NCBI GenBank assembly: GCA_964350985.1
Contig: CAYGLK010000002.1
Location: 165,406-229,405, forward strand
Length of the DNA: 64,000 nucleotides
Direction: 5' to 3'
Source: an uncultured Candidatus Saccharibacteria bacterium
Lineage (GTDB): Bacteria; Patescibacteriota; Minisyncoccia; Phycocordibacterales; UBA918
This document shows positions 56,997 through 64,000 of the stretch, piece after piece. The translations under genes were made by a program, and so were the position numbers. The notes below the pieces were generated by a model that ran no database searches, had not been told where the DNA came from, and worked only from the letters and a program-made list of their open reading frames with translations. Each line of letters opens with the position of its first letter. Position 1 is the stretch's first letter.

Positions 56997-58388
56997 CTAA
57001 ACCTCTAAGACTTCCTCTTCCTCTTTGTCTTCCTCATCCTTTTCTTCAGTTGGATCAGTACTAGTAGATTTTTCCTCTACCTTTGGTTCAGTATCTTTTA
57101 TCTGAGGTTCTGTTGGCTTAGCGATCTTAAGCATAGCTGCAACGTCTGAGATGATACTGTAGGCTTCATTACTAACTTTTTCTAGCGTATCTATATCTTG
57201 ATCTGCTGCTTCAAGTAGCGCTGGCAACAGAGCTAACTTTTCTTCAGTTTCGCTAATTGCTAATTCAACTTTTTCTTTTTGATCAGCACTTACTTTGATT
57301 TCTGCAGTTGAGCTTGAAGTAGTTGTAGCGTTTATATCAGCTAAAACAGATTCTAGTGTTGCTTCAGTTGTAGTAATTTGTTGCTTTATCAGAGCTAAAC
57401 GTTGCTCTTTAGTTAAAGTATCTGGAACCAAATCATCAATTGTTAAGTTGGTTCGTACATCGATATTTGTCATGAAAGCGATCAAGCGATGGATTTGTTG
57501 CAGTGCAACAACTAAGTCTTTCTTTGCAGCCAACTCATCTACTTCAGATAAAGCCATCGCTTCTGAAATACGAGTATCAATATCACCTAGTCTATTTGTG
57601 ACAGTACTCTTCTCGTCACTAGTAGCAGAGTCTTCAATTCCTTTTACTAGTTCATAAGCTCGAGTGGTCTCACTCTCTACTTTAGCCAAGAGTCGACTGT
57701 ATGCAGGAAGGTCAATATCAGCAGTTACTGGTTCAGCGGCTTGAGTCGCAGACAATATCGCAGCAATTTTATTGATAGACTTTCCAGCAACTTCTGTCTC
57801 GCTTCGATGCATTAGAGAAGTAGTCTGGATATCAAGAGCAGTGTTAAGACCGATTGACGCTAGTGTAGCTTCGTCTTTGTCAGACAACTTCAAGTTTTCA
57901 ATTTCTTTTCGAGCATTATCACTATGAACCTTCACAGCTGAGACAACACTGGCTTCTACCTCTTCGGTTAGCTTACCTTCGTCAGCCAATAGTCTAGCTT
58001 CAGCGATACGTCGATTAAGTAGTTCTGTTTCCCAAACCACTTTCTCATAAGATCCTCGAGCTAAAGTTCCACGCACTTCTTCATTAAAACCAACCTTAAC
58101 TGCGTACAAGGTATCGCCTGGCACCGCTTTCTCGGCAAAATAAGAAACACTTACTACAAAAACCATGGCCATGACACCACTCCATCGTAAAACTCTCCAT
58201 TTATTAAAATTAAATAAGATGAAATTTTGACCAGCTACAGATACATTCTCACTAGAAGTCTTTAGACTTGCTGGCAAAGGATGGTACTCCATATAAGAAA
58301 CAACTCGCTCTTTGAGCTCACGTTTCTCAGCGACACTCAAATGAATGTCCTGGGCTTTTTTATTAAATTGTTGGCTAAATCTTTTCAT
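56997..58388 (-). CDS. Putative anti-sigma factor-like membrane protein (single TM, long coiled-coil/acidic extracytoplasmic region)
   Basis: 463 aa; sits immediately downstream of an ECF sigma factor. N-terminal cytoplasmic segment, one TM, acidic C-terminal tail. Confidence 0.45.
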   Translation of the reverse strand: MKRFSQQFNKKAQDIHLSVAEKRELKERVVSYMEYHPLPASLKTSSENVSVAGQNFILFNFNKWRVLRWSGVMAMVFVVSVSYFAEKAVPGDTLYAVKVGFNEEVRGTLARGSYEKVVWETELLNRRIAEARLLADEGKLTEEVEASVVSAVKVHSDNARKEIENLKLSDKDEATLASIGLNTALDIQTTSLMHRSETEVAGKSINKIAAILSATQAAEPVTADIDLPAYSRLLAKVESETTRAYELVKGIEDSATSDEKSTVTNRLGDIDTRISEAMALSEVDELAAKKDLVVALQQIHRLIAFMTNIDVRTNLTIDDLVPDTLTKEQRLALIKQQITTTEATLESVLADINATTTSSSTAEIKVSADQKEKVELAISETEEKLALLPALLEAADQDIDTLEKVSNEAYSIISDVAAMLKIAKPTEPQIKDTEPKVEEKSTSTDPTEEKDEEDKEEEEVLEV

Positions 58389-58393
58389 TTATT

Positions 58394-58972
58394 TTATGTT
58401 TTTCTTTTTTTGGTGGCTGCTGCCTCCCCTTCCTCTATTTTGTTCCTTAAAAGTTTCAAACCGCGGTGGATCCGGACTGAGACGACATTTTCCGACTCTT
58501 CGATCAGGGCCGCGATTTCTTTTGGTCCTAGCTCGTCAACGAAACGGAAGAGTAACACTTCTTTATATTCTTCTGGCAAGTCAGCCAAAAGCTCAAAGGC
58601 CTTACGCCCATCAATTGTCGCCGCCAGGGCCTCAACTGTGCTTTCGGACAATTCTGAGAAAGAACCTTCATCTACCCCCTCAACTTCAAGTAGAGCATCG
58701 AGTGAGGCTTCTTTTTTCTTACGGTACTCATCAATGATGAGGTTATTTAAGACCTTATATAAAAATGACCGATAAGAATCAATCTCATGTCCAGCTCGAA
58801 TGTATGACCATACCTTAGTAAAAGTATCGTGTACTACATCGATAGAGCGTTCGCGATTGCTAATCCTAATTGCCGAATGGCGGAAAAGGGCCTCACTATA
58901 CTCTTCAAAAGCTTTCAAGAAGCGTTCCTCCTGGCTTTCTGCTATGTCGTTTGTCTTTTTTAGACTCGCCAT
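58394..58972 (-). CDS. RNA polymerase sigma factor, ECF (sigma-70 family group IV)
   Basis: Region 2 (FTKVWSYI...YLYKVLNNLIIDEYRKKK) and region 4 HTH (LPEEYKEVLLFRFVDELGPKEIAALIEESENVVSVRIHRGLKLLR). Confidence 0.8.
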   Translation of the reverse strand: MASLKKTNDIAESQEERFLKAFEEYSEALFRHSAIRISNRERSIDVVHDTFTKVWSYIRAGHEIDSYRSFLYKVLNNLIIDEYRKKKEASLDALLEVEGVDEGSFSELSESTVEALAATIDGRKAFELLADLPEEYKEVLLFRFVDELGPKEIAALIEESENVVSVRIHRGLKLLRNKIEEGEAAATKKRKT

Positions 58973-59036
58973 GGTATGAAAACCATTATATACGTAGACG
59001 CCCGAATACACGAATTCTTACTGAGCATTATTGATA

Positions 59037-59654
59037 TTAGGCTTTTTTATTGATTGCCTCGATTAATTCAGGCAATTCCCCTACTAAAAAGTGGTTTTTG
59101 TCTTCAAAACTAACAAATTGGGCCTGATCCAGGTATTTTTTGAACTCAAGACTGTGATCATAAGGAACGATAAAATCATCTTTGGAGTGCCAAATTGACA
59201 CCTTAGACTGGTCGACAGATAAATTAGCCAGTGACTGGGGGTCAAACTGAAAACTCCCACAATCATTACCGTCTGGATCAGCACAGGTTCCACAAGGAGC
59301 TGCCAATAAGAAAACTTTATTGACCTCTACTGGCAATTTATTTTCACTTAGATATTTAGCCAAAAACATTCCTCCAAGAGACCAGCCAATCAGAGTCACG
59401 TCTTCTCTTAGGTATTCAAAGTGTCTTTCAAACCAAATAGCCCATTCATCATACTGGGCATTAGTCTTGTTTGGCATACTAGGCATAAAAACCTCATATT
59501 CTTCACCAAGATCAGTAGATAGTGATTTAGTCCAAAAGTCTTTTGAAACTGTATCTGGTAAATTTCTGACAGGAACAGTTTGTAAATAGCGTAAAAAATC
59601 CTCTCTCTTGGAGAAAGCATCTCCTCCATGAATAAAAAATACTTGTTTTTTCAT
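59037..59654 (-). CDS. Alpha/beta serine hydrolase (YdeN/RBBP9-like)
   Basis: 205 aa; nucleophile elbow GWSLGG, FIHGG oxyanion region. Confidence 0.6.
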   Translation of the reverse strand: MKKQVFFIHGGDAFSKREDFLRYLQTVPVRNLPDTVSKDFWTKSLSTDLGEEYEVFMPSMPNKTNAQYDEWAIWFERHFEYLREDVTLIGWSLGGMFLAKYLSENKLPVEVNKVFLLAAPCGTCADPDGNDCGSFQFDPQSLANLSVDQSKVSIWHSKDDFIVPYDHSLEFKKYLDQAQFVSFEDKNHFLVGELPELIEAINKKA

Positions 59655-59745
59655 ATGTTTATGATATTTGATTATTTAAGTCAGACTTGCTTTTTTATGA
59701 AAGTATGATATAAAATATATCGACTTAATTTTGGAGACCTTGTTA

Positions 59746-59904
59746 TGAACAAGGAGAAAGAAGCCCCGCAAACTGGCCCTCCTGAAAGCTTTGCTCCGGA
59801 AACTCCGGAGCAATTGGAGAAATTCCAACAAATGAGGCAGCTGGCGGAGACGCTTGGGAAGGCGATCAGGGAAGCTAACCCAGGGGCAGACAAGAAGAAT
59901 TGAT
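59746..59904 (+). CDS. Possible small protein (52 aa) MNKEKEAPQTGPPESFAPETPEQLEKFQQMRQLAETLGKAIREANPGADKKN
   Basis: GGAG 8 nt upstream of the ATG, and an intrinsic terminator hairpin (gggagcatcttgctccc + T7) at 59927-59955. Below the ORF-track size cutoff. Confidence 0.3.
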
Positions 59905-59953
59905 CAGGAAGAACCTGCATCATATGTTATGGGAGCATCTTGCTCCCATTTTT

Positions 59954-60526
59954 TTAATTTAAGTTACTTTTACGATCTGAAGCTTCTTTCATCAATCTAT
60001 TCCTTTCTGCTTCCTCTCCTACTCCCAATACAGACCCTTCATTATCCACCACCGCAATCAGAGGCTTTGATTCATCAATAGATTTCCTTGCCTCCATCCA
60101 GGTATCCATAATTGATTCTTTACTATTAGGTTTACGGTTCTCAAGAAACTTAAAAAACATTTTAATTTCACCTAAAGAAATTTTGGAGCCGAAACGATCT
60201 GAAAACATTTGTTGCAAGACCGCGGGATCAATTTTTTCTAGCATCCTAAATCCCGCCTCTTCGTTGGCTTTACGATCCAAAAAAGCAAGGCCAATGGCTT
60301 TTTTTTCAGATAATTCTTCACCGTCTCTCTCTGCCTGTTTTATCAAAACCTCAGCTCTAGCAGATATTGATTCATAATCATCGCTAGATAAAAGTTTTAC
60401 GTCTGCCCCTTCAACCAAGCCCATTTCTATCAAACAATCCCGAGCTGACTCTGTGTCACCGAATTCACTAAACCCAGAAAAAGGTGCTCTTGTTTCAAAT
60501 CTATGATTTTCATTATTTCCGTGCAT
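59954..60526 (-). CDS. Hypothetical protein
   Basis: 190 aa, acidic, no motif. Confidence 0.4.
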   Translation of the reverse strand: MHGNNENHRFETRAPFSGFSEFGDTESARDCLIEMGLVEGADVKLLSSDDYESISARAEVLIKQAERDGEELSEKKAIGLAFLDRKANEEAGFRMLEKIDPAVLQQMFSDRFGSKISLGEIKMFFKFLENRKPNSKESIMDTWMEARKSIDESKPLIAVVDNEGSVLGVGEEAERNRLMKEASDRKSNLN

Positions 60527-60845
60527 AAGTATGTTCTAAATTTAAATTTTAAATTAACGATGCTGCCAAACAGACTGCTTACTTCGATTATATCAGACCA
60601 AGTTGGATAACAGTAATTCACTCGCATTTTTTGATGATGGGTGGTATTATCTCAGACACAAATCAATGTGTACTTTGGTTTGTATAGCAAGAGCTTCCCG
60701 GGGTGTATCTTCGATACAACCCTTCTTCGCTCGGTCATGGCGTGGCACAAGCAGAGCTTGTCATTGCTTCAATGTAATTTTATTTAACGAAAGCAAGCTT
60801 TCTTAAATAAAATTACCTTAAAGCCACGCCGCGACCCTCACTCAT

Positions 60846-60916
60846 CGGGGTGTAGCATAGTGGTAGTGTACACGGTTTGGGACCGTGTGGTCCGGGTTCG
60901 ATTCCCGGCTCCCCGA
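60846..60916 (+). tRNA. tRNA-Pro (anticodon TGG)
   Basis: Acceptor CGGGGTG/CTCCCCG (one T-T mismatch at 6:67), anticodon stem-loop CACGG-TTTGGGA-CCGTG, T-arm CCGGG-TTCGATT-CCCGG, discriminator A, then hairpin/T-run. Confidence 0.7.
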
Positions 60917-60949
60917 CAAATAAAAAGGCGGCTTTATGCCGTTTTTTTA

Positions 60950-61117
60950 TTTGTTGGGGAGAAAACGTGCCCTGCGGCACGTTTGACCGGAATCGAAAAG
61001 CGCAGTGATGCCTTTAGGCGAGCGAGCTGTGGTCAAGAACACTTAGTAGATTTGGAGTCGAAGACGAACAAATATACTTAGTGATTCGTGACCGATTCCC
61101 GACTCCCCGACAAACAT
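60950..61117 (+). repeat. Repeat unit 1 downstream of tRNA-Pro (hairpin aaaacgtgccctgcggcacgttt...), ending with GAACAAATATACTTAGTGATTCGTGACCGA fused to a second copy of the tRNA-Pro 3' end (TTCCCGACTCCCCGACAAA) and its own terminator 61120-61160
   Basis: tRNA 3' end duplicated 19/20; about 100-nt unit is homologous to 61148-61260. Confidence 0.55.
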
Positions 61118-61147
61118 AAAATCCTGTAGTCTTTTAAGATTACAGGA

Positions 61148-61260
61148 TTTTGTTGTTTTCAGAGAAGAAAACGTGCCATGTGGCACGTTTGTACGGAATC
61201 TAAAATTGCAGCGATGTATTAGACGAGTGATCTTGGGTTAAGGACGCTTAGTAATTTGGG
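61148..61260 (+). repeat. Repeat unit 2 (gaaaacgtgccatgtggcacgtttgtacggaatctaaaattgcagcgatg...), diverged tandem copy of unit 1
   Basis: Aligned by eye, about 70-75% identity over about 100 nt, including a conserved hairpin. Confidence 0.45.
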
Positions 61261-61405
61261 TTAAGCAAAAGATATCCTCAGCGATTTATTATCGATTACT
61301 GACCCAAAGTAAAGTTGCGGGATAGGGATTATCTTTTCACATGAAACACTACAAATATGTTTCACGTGGTACATATGCTCATATTTACAGACGTTACACG
61401 TGTAA

Positions 61406-61822
61406 CTATTCCAAGATTATATTTGGTAAGTACTTAACAGAAGCATATTTCTCACTCAGAACAACCTTTACAGCAAGGACGTCTATTTGCCACTCCCCTT
61501 CATACTTATATTCCATCAACCAAGACTCTATGGCTCTAGAGAGCTTCTTTAGCTTATAGGAATGGACATTATCCTCTGGTCTCCAGGTACCACGTGAAAC
61601 ACTACCATTTAAATAAGTTTTTGTTTCATATGAAACTGTTTTAACCTCAACGAAGTGAACCTTATTAGTTCCACGTGCAACAATATCGATTTCTCCCCAT
61701 TTTTTAAGATAATTCCTGTTCAAGATATTAAAACCTTTTCTTTTTAAGTAGTTAGAGGCAATTTCCTCACCATAATTACCAATAACTTTATTATTTTTCT
61801 TATTTAAAGTTACTTCTGTCAT
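61406..61822 (-). CDS. YraN/UPF0102 family putative endonuclease
   Basis: 138 aa; GEEIASNYLKRKGFNILNRNYLKKWGEIDIVA...HFVEVKT matches the UPF0102 signature. Confidence 0.65.
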   Translation of the reverse strand: MTEVTLNKKNNKVIGNYGEEIASNYLKRKGFNILNRNYLKKWGEIDIVARGTNKVHFVEVKTVSYETKTYLNGSVSRGTWRPEDNVHSYKLKKLSRAIESWLMEYKYEGEWQIDVLAVKVVLSEKYASVKYLPNIILE

Positions 61823-62180
61823 TAATTTCAGTATATCACTAGAATTTACCTATGTTCTACGTGTAACAGGTAATAAGTGTTTCACGTGGCACACAAAATC
61901 AACATAGCTTGTTTTATATAGCTATTTGTCTTTTATAATTTGTCCTTTATCCACCTATACACCTACTTTTCCACAGTTCTGTTTATATCTTGTAAGTTTG
62001 TCCTTTAGGAAGTTTCTTCGAATTTATTGTATTGGGGGACAGGGGTAATCGCCAGCTTACTGCCGCAGTACACCTTTTGAATATATTCTTCCTTATAGTC
62101 AGAATCTATCTCAAAAGCTCTTCCGATCACCCAAGCAAAATTGAAAAAGACCAGGGTAGAAACCCTGATCTTTCTCAATT

Positions 62181-62205
62181 TGTGCGGCCAGGGGTAATCG
62201 AAACC
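62181..62205 (-). repeat. Perfect 25-bp direct repeat of the tRNA-Gly(GCC) 3' half (TGTGCGGCCAGGGGTAATCGAAACC), 209 bp from the intact copy at 62390-62414; a third partial copy (CAGGGGTAATCG) at 62040-62051
   Basis: Read directly; classic att-like duplication of a tRNA 3' end. Confidence 0.7.
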
Positions 62206-62391
62206 TGACGGTCACCAACGTCCTTTGCTTCAAGTATTCGCAAAGCGACGTGGTGCCGCGGGTCACGCCTCACTTGTTCGTAACCTCACAGTGTTCTGGC
62301 GGTTTCTCATACACAATGGGTGCGCAGGCACCCATTTACCAACCCTTACATATATAAAAATGACCCAAATTAAGGGTCATTTTTATATATG

Positions 62392-62462
62392 TGCGGCCAG
62401 GGGTAATCGAAACCCCGACTGTTGCTTGGCAAGCAACCGTTATACCACTTAACCATGGCCGC
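62392..62462 (-). tRNA. tRNA-Gly (anticodon GCC)
   Basis: Reverse complement folds: GCGGCCA/TGGCCGC acceptor, D-arm GTTA-AGTGGTA-TAAC, anticodon loop TTGCCAA, T-arm GGGGT-TTCGATT-ACCCC. Terminator hairpin follows. Confidence 0.8.
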
Positions 62463-62465
62463 ATT

Positions 62466-63149
62466 TTATTTTTCTAGCTCTTTGGTAGCTAATTCAATCC
62501 AACGGAATAATTTTTTCTTCAGAAGGGTACTGCCGATTATAGTATTGCCAACACCAAAATGCAACGTACGTTTCTTACTTCTTCCTTGTATAACTTGATT
62601 CTTGTAAAATTGACCAACTGAAAGTCCCGTTTTCTTAGCCCAGTGCTTCATACAAGTTACTTCATCTAAATCGGGATAAAGTAATATCCAAAACCTGATT
62701 TTTCTTTTATCTACACCTAAATAAGTGGTGATGAAGCGGATAAATATACGGTGTAAGTCTGGACGACTGTTAGCCATTCTAATTAAATGAGAGTCCTGAT
62801 TATCGCCTTCACTAACATACAACATCAAGCCAGCAATAAAGAGTGGGGAAGAACGATAGTGATTATACTCGATCTCAGCCAACCGGGTAATTTCAGAATA
62901 CTGCTTGCGGCGTTCTGTCATTCTAGCCTTGTTTATCAGAGCTAAACGGGCTTTATTTGTGACAATTGCCTTAGCTTTATTATCTTTAGCTACTGCCCGA
63001 GAGAAAGGCTCATCTTTAAGCCAAGAACTTACAGTTCCGACTGAAACACCGCAGATTTTAGCGATCTCTGTATAGGTAAAGCCTCGCTTCCGGAAAGCAA
63101 TGGCTTGTTCGTAAGCTTCTTTTTTATACTTTCCACGCAAAACTACCAT
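62466..63149 (-). CDS. HTH-domain protein of unknown function, abutting tRNA-Gly(GCC)
   Basis: 227 aa; HTH FTYTEIAKICGVSVGTVSSWLK near the N-terminus; the rest unassigned. Confidence 0.4.
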   Translation of the reverse strand: MVVLRGKYKKEAYEQAIAFRKRGFTYTEIAKICGVSVGTVSSWLKDEPFSRAVAKDNKAKAIVTNKARLALINKARMTERRKQYSEITRLAEIEYNHYRSSPLFIAGLMLYVSEGDNQDSHLIRMANSRPDLHRIFIRFITTYLGVDKRKIRFWILLYPDLDEVTCMKHWAKKTGLSVGQFYKNQVIQGRSKKRTLHFGVGNTIIGSTLLKKKLFRWIELATKELEK

Positions 63150-63251
63150 ATCAAAGTTACTATATTATATATGATCACCAGGGTTCATTTTAAAGATATA
63201 AACACAGCCCTTAGATAAGGGCTTTATTTATATCGCAGTATGAGTGTCTAC

Positions 63252-63536
63252 CTAAAAATCTCCGTTAATCATCTCTCCAATCACTAGCTGACAACCGTCT
63301 GGTCCAACTACAGCAGAGTAGGGGACTTGTGGAATAAAGTTGTATCTATCACCTGCGGTTAATCTTTTAGTATTTCCAGCGACTTTAATTTCAAAGGCTC
63401 CTTCCGCCACAAAGACAGTCACCTTATCTTGATGTTGATGTTCTTCATAAATTGCACCCGGGGCGTCTTGATTTTCATATACATATGTAAAACCTGCTTT
63501 TTCTAGGGTTTGAATACATCTTTCTGATAGTTCCAT
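63252..63536 (-). CDS. Cupin domain protein
   Basis: 94 aa; HQHQDKVTVFVAEGAFEIKV...GDRYNFIPQVPYSAV two-motif cupin pattern. Confidence 0.55.
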   Translation of the reverse strand: MELSERCIQTLEKAGFTYVYENQDAPGAIYEEHQHQDKVTVFVAEGAFEIKVAGNTKRLTAGDRYNFIPQVPYSAVVGPDGCQLVIGEMINGDF

Positions 63537-63613
63537 GGAGTAAATTATAGCAAATATTGTCTTTCTAAACTAAAAACACCGCCTTATAAGGTGGTGTTTT
63601 TAGTTTACTTTTG

Positions 63614-63685
63614 TGCACCTGCCAGGACTCGAACCCAGAATAACTGATCCGAAGTCAGTTGTGATATCCATTTCACTACAGGTGC
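63614..63685 (-). tRNA. tRNA-Arg (anticodon TCG)
   Basis: Reverse complement: acceptor GCACCTG/CAGGTGC, D-arm GTGA-AATGGATA-TCAC, anticodon stem-loop ACTGA-CTTCGGA-TCAGT, T-loop TTCGAGT. Confidence 0.75.
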
Positions 63686-63869
63686 AAGAGAGAAGTTAAA
63701 GAAAAGTTTATTTTTCTTTATGCTTCGAGCGCCGCATCTGCAAACTATGTTTACAGGTGCGAATGAAGAATCAAGCAAATAAAGCCTAATCTCCAATCAA
63801 CTTAGCGAGCTAAATTGATGTTCATCATCATACGTTAAAGCTAGGAAAAAGCAACGCTTTTCTGCTACA

Positions 63870-64000
63870 ATAAACGAATGATACCGCCAACAGCCATTCC
63901 TCTTTCAATTAAAAAAATCAGTGAGGTCTTAGAGAAAAATGGCTACGAAGCATACTTAGTAGGTGGTTGTGTTAGAGACTTGCTTTTAGGACGTACTCCA
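63870..64000 (+). CDS. cca: tRNA nucleotidyltransferase (CCA-adding) / poly(A) polymerase family, N-terminal fragment (runs off window)
   Basis: MIPPTAIPLSIKKISEVLEKNGYEAYLVGGCVRDLLLGRTP contains the GG.VRD nucleotidyltransferase motif. Confidence 0.65.

Noticed and set aside
62466-63149. LAGLIDADG homing endonuclease assignment for the HTH protein next to tRNA-Gly(GCC)
   Set aside because: The segment IAGLMLYVSEGD only superficially resembles LAGLIDADG; no second motif and spacing wrong, so only an HTH call is retained.

Overview
This 64-kb window comes from a low-GC, small-genome bacterium. The gene content (type IV pilus operon, ComEC, RNase Y, tig-clpP, many short intergenic terminators, few Shine-Dalgarno sites, frequent leaderless starts with a TATAAT box 5-8 nt before the ATG) is reminiscent of Patescibacteria/CPR (Saccharibacteria-like); this is inference only. 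The core backbone includes ribosomal protein genes and translation factors (rplD(partial)-rplC, rpsJ, tuf, fusA, rpsG, rpsL, rpmB), nusA, ppa, tig-clpP, rny, hup, pgk-tpiA, recJ, rnhA and sodA. It also carries a pilB-pilC-minor-pilin operon and a ComEC split into two genes. The str operon is interrupted by about 12 kb of accessory genes between fusA and rpsG. The most unusual part is 47.3-64 kb. It is an accessory, tRNA-rich region with tRNA-Gly(TCC), tRNA-Pro(TGG), tRNA-Gly(GCC) and tRNA-Arg(TCG). It contains an array of small hydrolase genes (four NUDIX, one HIT, one HExxH) and two TrmB-like regulators. These are separated by three families of conserved junction repeats: a 199-bp near-identical element bounded by inverted copies of the tRNA-Gly 3' end, a 22-mer GTTCTAAC...CCACAAGG that overlaps stop codons and precedes promoters, and a leader with a conserved leaderless uORF. 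Nested tRNA 3'-end duplications (att-like scars) lie at tRNA-Gly(TCC), tRNA-Pro and tRNA-Gly(GCC). No integrase, transposase or CRISPR array is visible. Several GC-rich islets of hypothetical genes, each bracketed by hairpin terminators, interrupt the low-GC backbone. All calls rest on reading translations and motifs by eye; no database search was run.
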